In this document: positions 43,548 to 51,951 of the stretch, in pieces
How positions within the stretch are numbered: the first letter of the stretch is position 1
How the letters are laid out: each line of letters begins with the position of its first letter
Source of the DNA: an uncultured bacterium
Lineage (GTDB): Bacteria; Bacillota; Clostridia; Oscillospirales; Ruminococcaceae
Assembly: GCA_905215965.1 (NCBI GenBank)
Contig: CAJMSD010000002.1
Location: 196,866-260,865, forward strand
Reading direction: 5' to 3'
Length of the DNA stretch: 64,000 nucleotides
The notes under the pieces: model-generated
The model's database searches: none
The model's input: only the letters and a program-made list of their open reading frames with translations
What the model was told of the DNA's origin: nothing
Position numbers and translations under genes: made by a program

Positions 43548-44435
43548 CTAAAGCTCCAACACTATTGAAAAAAGCTCTCCGTTATAAGAAGCGGATATTT
43601 TTCCTCCAAGCATTTTTACAAGCTGCTTGGATATGGCAAGACCAAGTCCGGTTCCGCCGCTTGTACGGGAAAGATCGCACGTATAAAACTCGTCAAATAT
43701 ACGGGCGATATCAATTTTCGAATCATAAAGCGAATTTTCAAAACTAAGCCTGATGCCGCAAGGCGTTTCTTCAACAGATATTGCAAGATCATCCGTGCTG
43801 TGCTTATACGCGTTGCTTATAAGATTATCAAATATCCGCAAAAGCATATTTCGATTTGACCGCAGCACTATCCTGCGTTCCTTGCAGCCAAACTCTATCT
43901 TTCTTCCCTGTCCGCAGTAATCGTCATAATAATGAGCGATCGAGTCCTCAAGTACCGATACAAGATTAAGCTCATAGAGCTCTGGTTTTTTGTTATCGGA
44001 AATAATTTTCGAGAATTCAAAAAACGAGTTGATAAGCTCTTCAAGCCGAAGCAGTCTCTGTTCGACAATTTCTATCTCACGCTTCTTATCCTCTTCCGGC
44101 ATATCCGATTTTTTGATAAGATCGATATATCCCAGAGCCGAGGTCAGCGGAGTTCGCAGATCATGCGAAATATTTGTCATCATCTGTTCCAGATCATGCT
44201 TTTTGCGCCGATAGCTGACCATTTGCCGCCGTGCTTCTTTAAGAGCCTTATTTATCTCGTTTATCAGCTCGTTGAAAGAACCTACACCGTAAGCGGAATG
44301 AACAAGCTCGTTAGTATCGCTTGAACGAATAGATGCAAGCTGTTCGGATATGCTTTTTATTTCACGTCTCTGAATAATTATAAGGAGCAGCAGTATGACA
44401 GCTGTGACCCCTAAAATAATTGATAATACCGTCAT
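43548..44435 (-). CDS. Sensor histidine kinase with a single N-terminal TM helix and no extracytoplasmic domain
   Basis: The TM helix MTVLSIILGVTAVILLLLIII is followed directly by the DHp H-box (SHDLRTPLTS) and a HATPase_c domain (GGTGLGLAISK). Confidence 0.85.
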   Translation of the reverse strand: MTVLSIILGVTAVILLLLIIIQRREIKSISEQLASIRSSDTNELVHSAYGVGSFNELINEINKALKEARRQMVSYRRKKHDLEQMMTNISHDLRTPLTSALGYIDLIKKSDMPEEDKKREIEIVEQRLLRLEELINSFFEFSKIISDNKKPELYELNLVSVLEDSIAHYYDDYCGQGRKIEFGCKERRIVLRSNRNMLLRIFDNLISNAYKHSTDDLAISVEETPCGIRLSFENSLYDSKIDIARIFDEFYTCDLSRTSGGTGLGLAISKQLVKMLGGKISASYNGELFSIVLEL

Positions 44436-44459
44436 TTGCGTGCTCCTTTCCTATATTTC

Positions 44460-45314
44460 TTACTTCATTTCGGCTTTTCTGAACGACAGATATCCAAGCA
44501 GCGTGAATACCGTTATTATGACTGCGCATACGATATAGCTATGTACCGTATAACTTACGGACGGATCATACGCAAGCTTGCCCAGCATGATCTGAAGCTC
44601 GTAATCAATATATTTTTCGTTTATATTGAAAAGCTTTACAGCTAAGCTTAGCAGAAGCTGGAACACCATCACAAACGGTATCACGACCGTATTGAACAGC
44701 GACGGCTTTTTCAGCATAAACGCAAGACCGTTCAGAATACTGATAAGCGCGAGGACTGCCGGAAGCTGCATAAGACTTGCCTTTGTAACATTCCCGATAC
44801 CTGCTGACAATTTCGAACCGTTGAAGATAATATTTGCAAAATATGTAATATACGTATTCATGAAAAATATTATTAGACACACTGCCGTTACAAATATCAG
44901 TTTTGACGCAAAATACTTGTTCCTGCTGATAGCCGACGAAAGAGTATTTTTTATCCTGCTGTTTGAAAAATCCGCTGCAATGGCAAGAGCGGCAACAAAA
45001 ATGAACACATAATAAAGATTCATGTTCTGCGCCAGAATATCCCTGTCAAGCTCGTAACCTTCGATTTTGAGCATTATGGCTCTGAAATCGCTTATGCCCA
45101 TAGTCTGCATTTCCTCAAGAGTTATATTGCCAAACGCTGTCTCTATTCCAGATGTCTGCATAGTGCTGACATCTCCGACGCTTACCATTCCTATAGAACC
45201 CGGCTGCACGGTATATATGCTCGTTCCGATCATAAGCAGCATTATCATGATTCCGATATACATTGCAATACTTTTTGATATCCTATAGCAATCCGCTTTT
45301 ATCATATTTATCAT
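44460..45314 (-). CDS. ABC-2 type transporter permease (lantibiotic/bacitracin-immunity-like)
   Basis: Six hydrophobic segments. The start overlaps the ATPase stop (TAATG), and a GAGGAGG RBS is present. Confidence 0.7.
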   Translation of the reverse strand: MINMIKADCYRISKSIAMYIGIMIMLLMIGTSIYTVQPGSIGMVSVGDVSTMQTSGIETAFGNITLEEMQTMGISDFRAIMLKIEGYELDRDILAQNMNLYYVFIFVAALAIAADFSNSRIKNTLSSAISRNKYFASKLIFVTAVCLIIFFMNTYITYFANIIFNGSKLSAGIGNVTKASLMQLPAVLALISILNGLAFMLKKPSLFNTVVIPFVMVFQLLLSLAVKLFNINEKYIDYELQIMLGKLAYDPSVSYTVHSYIVCAVIITVFTLLGYLSFRKAEMK

Positions 45315-46222
45315 TACCGTTCCTCCTCTACAAGCGATTTAAAATACTCTTCAAGCGTGATGCCCGACTCATAAATGCCCGAAACATCGATGCCGTTTTG
45401 TATCAGCAGCTTATTAAGCTCGCCTGCCTTGACATCTCCGCTGTAGACGCGCAGCTCTTCCGTATCCGCAACCTTGTAATCGGAAATACCGTTTTCTTCA
45501 ATAACCGCAGCACATCGTTTTGCGTCGTTGGTTTTCACAACAATGCAGCGTGCGCATTCCAGATCAAGCTCTTCCTTTGATATTTCCCTAAGCACCTTTC
45601 CCTTATCTATAAAAAGAAAACGGTTTGCTATGACATAAAGCTCGGAAAGAATATGGCTTGAAATTATAAAAGTTATCCCACGTTCGACATTAAGCTTCCT
45701 GAACGTATCGCGAAGCTCGCTGATACCTATAGGATCAAGTCCGTTTATCGGCTCGTCAAGGATAATAAGATCGGGATTATCGAGCATAGCAAAAGCGATA
45801 CCCAGACGCTGTTTCATGCCGAGAGAAAATTTACGGAACTTCTTATTTTTCACTTCCGTCAGATTTACAAGGGCAAGAGCTTCGTCAATGCTCTTCATAT
45901 CGGTGATACCCTTTTGAAAAGCATAATATTTAAGATTCTCGTAAGCCGTTAATCCGCCGAAAAAAGCGGGATTTTCGATCAGACAGCCTATTCGCCTTTT
46001 CACGCTGTCGGAAGCGCCCTTTTCGGAAAAAATTTCAAATTCGCCGCCGGATTTCTCCGTAAGTCCCGTAACTACCTTCATAACGGTAGTTTTTCCTGCG
46101 CCGTTCCGTCCGATAAGTCCGTAAATATCTTCGCGGTAAACCGTCATGTCAACATTATCGAGAGCGATAAAATTTCTATACTTTTTGGAAAGATTTTTCG
46201 TTTGGAGTACGATTTCATTCAT
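45314..46222 (-). CDS. ABC transporter ATP-binding protein
   Basis: Walker A is GRNGAGKTT, the signature is FSLGMKQRL, and Walker B is LIILDEP. The start is at ATG 46222 after AGGAGG. Confidence 0.9.
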   Translation of the reverse strand: MNEIVLQTKNLSKKYRNFIALDNVDMTVYREDIYGLIGRNGAGKTTVMKVVTGLTEKSGGEFEIFSEKGASDSVKRRIGCLIENPAFFGGLTAYENLKYYAFQKGITDMKSIDEALALVNLTEVKNKKFRKFSLGMKQRLGIAFAMLDNPDLIILDEPINGLDPIGISELRDTFRKLNVERGITFIISSHILSELYVIANRFLFIDKGKVLREISKEELDLECARCIVVKTNDAKRCAAVIEENGISDYKVADTEELRVYSGDVKAGELNKLLIQNGIDVSGIYESGITLEEYFKSLVEEER

Positions 46223-46321
46223 AAAGAAAACCTCCTGTATAATTATTTTCAGCTGATAAACCAATTATAGCACGGAGGTCTGAAAAAACACTTAAATCAA
46301 CCCTTAAAAAAGTCTTAACTG

Positions 46322-46996
46322 CTATTTTTTAAGTCTGTATCCGATGCCCCATACCGTTTCTATGTATTCCTCTTCGGGACTGCACTCCTTCAGCTTTTTG
46401 CGTATCTTGCTGATATGAACGTTCAGCGTATTATCGTCGGCAGAATTCTCGTCGTCCCACACAGTATCGAAAATCATGCTTTTGGTACAGGTTCGCTTCG
46501 GATTCTCCATAAGAAGTCTGAGAAGCGCAAATTCATGCTTTGAAAGCTCGATATCTTTTCCCGCGCATCTTACGGAAAAATCATATACATCAAGCTCGAT
46601 ATCCTTATATGCGAGCTTTCCAAAGGATACGGGATCATCTTTTGTCCGCAGCCTTGCAGCTATCCTTGCAAGCAGCTCGTCATTATTAAAAGGCTTTGTA
46701 ACGTAGTCGTCAGCGCCAAGAGAAAACAGATCGACCTTTTTGCTTACATCGTGAATTGCGCTCATAACGATAATGGGAACGCTGTGCTTCTGCTTCAGCT
46801 CCCTGATGATATCTTCTCCGCTGCGTCCGGGCAGCATCAGATCAAGAAGTATCAGATCTGTTTTTTCACTGTGAACGATCAAGCCCTCCGTGCCCGAATA
46901 GGCGCTTACTGCCGTATATCCGTTCTGCTCAAGCAGTATTCTCAGCATATTGTTTATTTCGGTATCGTCCTCTATAATCAGGATCGTTTTATTCAT
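46322..46996 (-). CDS. OmpR-family response regulator
   Basis: A receiver domain (LIIEDD...LILLDLMLPG) plus a winged-helix domain (YIETVWGIGYRL). Confidence 0.9.
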   Translation of the reverse strand: MNKTILIIEDDTEINNMLRILLEQNGYTAVSAYSGTEGLIVHSEKTDLILLDLMLPGRSGEDIIRELKQKHSVPIIVMSAIHDVSKKVDLFSLGADDYVTKPFNNDELLARIAARLRTKDDPVSFGKLAYKDIELDVYDFSVRCAGKDIELSKHEFALLRLLMENPKRTCTKSMIFDTVWDDENSADDNTLNVHISKIRKKLKECSPEEEYIETVWGIGYRLKK

Positions 46997-47095
46997 ATCG
47001 ATCATTCTCCTTTTCAAATGGTATTATAGCACATTTATGAAAATGTTTCAATAAGGCAAAAAATACACAGAATCGGCAAAATTTTTCCGCGCATA

Positions 47096-47124
47096 TTGCT
47101 ATTTTGCTGATTGTATGGTACAAT
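47096..47124 (+). promoter_or_regulatory. Promoter TTGCTA-17-TACAAT (TGn extended -10), followed by the palindrome ATAAGCAT-ga-ATGCTTAT
   Basis: gcgcatattgctattttgctgattgtatggtacaataagcatgaatgcttat, about 140 nt upstream of ATG 47264. Confidence 0.4.
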
Positions 47125-47263
47125 AAGCATGAATGCTTATTATATTTTACCTAAAGTCCATGCAGATTCGCAAAGCACAGAGCTGCTTCCTGCAATCTGA
47201 CAATTATATCACTAAACAAATTCTTTCGGACAGGGATAAATTCTTGTCTGAACGGGAAAGGCT

Positions 47264-48502
47264 ATGAATATGAAAAAATTACTATCGTTTGCGGCAGCAG
47301 CTCTGCTTGCCGTTACCTTTTGTTCATGCGGAGCAGAAAAAGATTCATCTTCGAAATCTGCACAGGATATCAGCAAAGCTGCTCCGGTAAAATCAGATGA
47401 CGGAAATTTCGGCAAATATGTATCAAATACTTTTGTAGCATCGGGAAACAACTATCTTACGGAAAGCGCAGAGCACGTCACATTCCGCGCATATTTCCCT
47501 GTTGAGGAGTACGGAGAGCTTGAATACTGCTTCTACTTTTCAAATACGGTAGACTCGACATACGATGACGGAGCGCTCGCTCATGCAGGTCTGACCGGAG
47601 GGAAATACACCATTGAAAGCGCATATATTGCCGACGGAGGAACAAGCATCGAGGACGAGATCACCAACCAATGCGCTGTGACCTTTGACGGAAATACAGA
47701 ACGCGCCGTCTCGGAGGGCGAAACGTTCTGGAGCGACGCGCTGTCCTTCGACGTTCCCGAGGGACATTTCCTTGTGTGGGAATGGACTATTACGGGAGAA
47801 AATATCCCCTCCTCTTCTGTATCAAATCTGACAAAGGTCGGCGCTGATCACAACGACGGCAAGGGGCTTGTTTACTGCGATCAGGTTCCCCTGCCCCAGC
47901 TTATAGGAGCCGAACGCCAAGTGAAATACAGAATTGCCGCGATCGGAGATTCAATTACTCAGGGCTGCCAGACCGAATTCATGGCATACGAATACTGGGC
48001 GGCAAGGATCTCCCAAAAGCTCGGAAGCGGCTACGGCTTCTGGAACTGCGGTCTCGGCTGGGCAAGAACAAGCGACGCCGCCTCTGACGGAGACTGGCTC
48101 AAACGAGCTTCAACATCGGATATAGTGATAGTCGCTTTCGGTACAAACGACATCGTTTCCGGCGAGTACGGCGGTGACGGCGGTAATAATGCCGACGAGA
48201 TCGACGGCTATGTACGCACTGTTCTTGACCGTCTGAAGAACGAAAAGTGTTCCGTTATCGTTTTTAACGCTCCGCCGGAGGACTACCTCGACCACCTTGA
48301 AGCCGTCCGCATCGAGTATAACGAAAAGCTTAAAAAGACCTGCGAAGAATACGGGGTTTCATATTTTGATTTTGCTTCGCTTCTCTCAGACGAAAGCGAT
48401 CCCAAGAAGGCTCTCTACGGAGGACATCCCAACGGAGAGGGCGGAGAGATCGTGTCGGAAGAATTCATCAGGCTCTACAAGGATTATCTCGACCTTACGT
48501 AA
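47264..48502 (+). CDS. Lipoprotein with a C-terminal SGNH/GDSL hydrolase (esterase) domain
   Basis: The signal/lipobox is LLAVTFCSCG. SGNH block I is IAAIGDSITQGC, block III is FGTNDI, and the C-terminus is GGHPNGEG. Confidence 0.8.
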   Translation: MNMKKLLSFAAAALLAVTFCSCGAEKDSSSKSAQDISKAAPVKSDDGNFGKYVSNTFVASGNNYLTESAEHVTFRAYFPVEEYGELEYCFYFSNTVDSTYDDGALAHAGLTGGKYTIESAYIADGGTSIEDEITNQCAVTFDGNTERAVSEGETFWSDALSFDVPEGHFLVWEWTITGENIPSSSVSNLTKVGADHNDGKGLVYCDQVPLPQLIGAERQVKYRIAAIGDSITQGCQTEFMAYEYWAARISQKLGSGYGFWNCGLGWARTSDAASDGDWLKRASTSDIVIVAFGTNDIVSGEYGGDGGNNADEIDGYVRTVLDRLKNEKCSVIVFNAPPEDYLDHLEAVRIEYNEKLKKTCEEYGVSYFDFASLLSDESDPKKALYGGHPNGEGGEIVSEEFIRLYKDYLDLT

Positions 48503-48629
48503 TTATAAGAGTATACGCAAATTTAAACAGCTTTGGCATATCCTTAAGAAAAAGTTAAGAATTATCCCACTCAAAAAATAAATATTGCATATTATAATAT
48601 CCTTGACAAGATAAAAAGGAGGCTGTAAA

Positions 48630-51239
48630 ATGACTTACAGTACCAATTTCAAGCGCAAGGATATTTGTTATATATTTTTGATATGTTTGATATTTTTCAT
48701 CATATATTCAGCCGTCTTTATAATTAAAGGCGACATAATCTGGGGATCCGAAACAGACTGGATAAATCAGCATTTTGCGATCCCCGAATATCTCAGAACG
48801 CGCTTTTACAACACAGGAGAATTCTTTCCCGATTTCGCGCCGAATTTAGGCGGAGGTCAGAATATCTGCTACATAGCGTACTACGGACTCTTCAACCCGA
48901 TATTCCTTCCGTCATATCTTATGCCCAAGGTCACGATGGCGGAATACATAATGTTTGTAAGTCCGCTTATCGTCGTAATATCTGCAATAATGTGCTATTT
49001 CCTTATGAAGAGACACTTCTGCGGAAATCTTCCGTTTATACTTGCAGTCATGTTTATGTGCGCCGCGCCCGTGATCTTCCACAGCCACCGCCACATAATG
49101 TTCATCAGCTATCTTCCGTTCCTGTTCGCCGCTCTTCTTGCTGCGGGAGGAAAAAACAACATTGGTTCGAAGCTCGTACTTATCGTCTCTTCCTTTTGTA
49201 TCCTGTGCACAAGCTTCTATTTCTCGATAAGCTCGTTTACGGCTGTCATCATTTATGCCGCATGGCGCAGGAAACAAAATCAACAGAATATATCTCTCAA
49301 ACAGCTGCTCTTATTATCCATGAGAGAGATCGTCTGCATATTTATCGGCTTTTTATGCGCGGGAATACTTTGGGTGCCTACCCTTTATTCACTGCTCAGC
49401 GGACGCGAAAAAAGCCACTCGTTCATAAATTTCCTGAAGCTGTTTATCCCGACCGTCAATGCCGATTATCTTCTGTACAGCGCTTATTCGGCAGGCATGA
49501 CCGCTGTTTCGGTCATAGCGATAATTGCTGTCCTGAGATACGGCACAAAGGCTTCACGTCTGCTTGCGGCTTTTTTTGCGGCAGTATGCTGCCTTCCGAT
49601 CATGCTTTATCTCTGCAACGGAACGATGTATATTAATCCAAAGGTTCTTATACCATTTCTTCCCTTGCTGACAATTATCTGCGGAGAATTTTTCGTCATA
49701 ATGTCACGGCGGCGCATAAATCCGCTTCCCTTGGCGTTGATATCAGGCATTATTATAGCTGCGGAAGCGATTTTCAACGATATATCGCTGAAAATTTTGA
49801 TAATTATGCTGATCGATTTTGCCGTTTTACTTATTTTCATCGGGCTTCACCGCAAAGAAGGCAGATCTGCATTTGTTGTCATTCCGCCGCTTCTTGCTTC
49901 ATTCGCGCTCTGCATATACGTCAATCTCAATGAACACTATACTTCAAAAGCTTCTCTGGATACCGTATATTCTTCTGACATACAGGAGCTTGCAGACGAA
50001 GCTCTTGCCGCCGATACCGACTTTTTCAGATTCGCAAACGATTCCTGCGAACGGCTGACCGTCAACCGCATCTACGGTTCGGATTACTATACCTCAACCA
50101 TATATTCCTCCGCGTCAAACGCAGAGCTGCGCGGTTTCCGCGACGAGACAGGAAATATACAGTACCGCTCCGCCGCGGTCATTTCTCAGCCGAACAGCCT
50201 GCTTTTCAATACCGAGACAGGCTGCCGCTACAGAATAAGCGCGGACGAAGATCCGATGTACGGAGAAATCCTTATAAACCAATGCGGCGATTATTATCTT
50301 TTCAGGAATCAAAACGCACTTCCTGTCGGATATGCAAGCTCCTCTCTTATGAGCGAGGAACAGTATTATTCTCTTGGAGATGCCGAGAGAGCAGAGGCTC
50401 TTCTGAAAAATATAATTACTCCCGAAACCTCGGAAAACACGGTAAATCCATGTTCCTGCCGCAAGCTTGCGGACGAATATACTCTCAGCGGAGACGTTTC
50501 GCCGATATCCGAAATAGACGGAGCGTATAAGATAAGCGCCGACAAGGAATTTGCCGTTACGGCTTCTCTTTCAACGCCTGTCGAGGGAGAGCTTATACTG
50601 CTGAAATTCCATGCCGACAACAGGATCGGAGCTGCCGACAGCAGAAGCGATATCTCCATAACCGTCAACGGAATCACAAATACTCTGTCCGCTCCCGACT
50701 GGAAATACCACAATCTGAATTACGATTTTATGTATATTATTTCCTCTGACAAGCCGCTGAGCAGTCTCGAGCTTGAATTTTCAAAGGGAAATTACATTCT
50801 CTCCGATTTTGAAGCCTACGCAATAAACGCTCAGGTGCTCAAGGAAGCGCAAAGCGGTAAAGACGCCTTTGTGATCGACAGAGGCTCTATGGGCGGCGAC
50901 GTTATCTCCGGAAGCATCAGCGTATCGGCTGACGGCTGGTTTAATCTTTCCGTTCCCTTTGACGAGGGCTTTAACATATACGTTGACGGCAAAAAGGTCG
51001 AATATTTTAAAACAAATACAGCCTTTATCGGCTTCCCTATCGCTGCGGGCAGCCATAAAATAGAAATACATTTTAGGTCTCCGTTCAAATGGGCAGGAGT
51101 TCTGATATCGATTATCGGAATCGGTCTTGCGGCTGCCTGCATAGCCGGATCAGCCGGAAGAGTCCGTTCACGCATACGGGCACGTCCCTGCACCGTCCAT
51201 GAAACGGAACGAAAGGAATTTACATATGAATACATTTGA
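48630..51239 (+). CDS. YfhO-family polytopic membrane protein (putative glycosyltransferase of cell-envelope polymers)
   Basis: 869 aa, more than 12 TM helices followed by a large extracytoplasmic C-terminal domain. This is the YfhO architecture. Confidence 0.75.
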   Translation: MTYSTNFKRKDICYIFLICLIFFIIYSAVFIIKGDIIWGSETDWINQHFAIPEYLRTRFYNTGEFFPDFAPNLGGGQNICYIAYYGLFNPIFLPSYLMPKVTMAEYIMFVSPLIVVISAIMCYFLMKRHFCGNLPFILAVMFMCAAPVIFHSHRHIMFISYLPFLFAALLAAGGKNNIGSKLVLIVSSFCILCTSFYFSISSFTAVIIYAAWRRKQNQQNISLKQLLLLSMREIVCIFIGFLCAGILWVPTLYSLLSGREKSHSFINFLKLFIPTVNADYLLYSAYSAGMTAVSVIAIIAVLRYGTKASRLLAAFFAAVCCLPIMLYLCNGTMYINPKVLIPFLPLLTIICGEFFVIMSRRRINPLPLALISGIIIAAEAIFNDISLKILIIMLIDFAVLLIFIGLHRKEGRSAFVVIPPLLASFALCIYVNLNEHYTSKASLDTVYSSDIQELADEALAADTDFFRFANDSCERLTVNRIYGSDYYTSTIYSSASNAELRGFRDETGNIQYRSAAVISQPNSLLFNTETGCRYRISADEDPMYGEILINQCGDYYLFRNQNALPVGYASSSLMSEEQYYSLGDAERAEALLKNIITPETSENTVNPCSCRKLADEYTLSGDVSPISEIDGAYKISADKEFAVTASLSTPVEGELILLKFHADNRIGAADSRSDISITVNGITNTLSAPDWKYHNLNYDFMYIISSDKPLSSLELEFSKGNYILSDFEAYAINAQVLKEAQSGKDAFVIDRGSMGGDVISGSISVSADGWFNLSVPFDEGFNIYVDGKKVEYFKTNTAFIGFPIAAGSHKIEIHFRSPFKWAGVLISIIGIGLAAACIAGSAGRVRSRIRARPCTVHETERKEFTYEYI

Positions 51240-51951
51240 AAATGCGTCGATCCTTGTTGTTGACGACGACCATGACATCGTAAACGCTATCGGCAAGCTT
51301 CTTTCCCGCGAGGGCTACAAGATATATAAAGCCTACAACGGACTTGAAGCCATAGACTGTCTTTTGCAGAACGATATCCAGCTGATACTTATTGACGTTA
51401 TGATGCCTAAGCTTGACGGTCTTTCGGCAATGATGAAGATACGCACGATGAAAAACATACCTATAATCGTACTTTCGGCCAAATCAGAGGACAGCGATAA
51501 AATTCTCGGTCTTTCAATGGGCGCTGACGATTACATAACAAAGCCCTATAATCCTCTTGAACTTGTTGCAAGAGTCCAGTCCAATCTGCGCCGCTATCTC
51601 AGTCTCGGCGCGGCCGACAGCGCAAAGCACGGCAACTCCATAGAAATAGGAGGTCTTTGCCTTGACAGAGACGCAAAGCAGCTTTACGTTGACGGCGCTC
51701 CGGTAAAGCTTACGGCTACCGAATATAAAATAACCGAGCTGCTTATGACGAACGCAGGACGCATTTTTTCAGCGGAGGAGATATACTCAAAGGTCTGGAA
51801 CGACGAGTCCTACTCGGTCGAAAATACCGTTATGGTACACATCCGCCATATAAGGGAAAAAATAGAAATAAACCCCGGCGACCCACGTTACCTGAAGGTT
51901 GTATGGGGGATCGGATATAAAATAGAAAAATTTAACGGAGGAAAGCAATGA
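51226..51951 (+). CDS. OmpR-family response regulator
   Basis: ILVVDDD...LILIDVMMPKLDG...LKVVWGIGYKI. The start at ATG 51226 overlaps the YfhO 3' end by 14 nt. Confidence 0.9.
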   Translation: MNTFENASILVVDDDHDIVNAIGKLLSREGYKIYKAYNGLEAIDCLLQNDIQLILIDVMMPKLDGLSAMMKIRTMKNIPIIVLSAKSEDSDKILGLSMGADDYITKPYNPLELVARVQSNLRRYLSLGAADSAKHGNSIEIGGLCLDRDAKQLYVDGAPVKLTATEYKITELLMTNAGRIFSAEEIYSKVWNDESYSVENTVMVHIRHIREKIEINPGDPRYLKVVWGIGYKIEKFNGGKQ

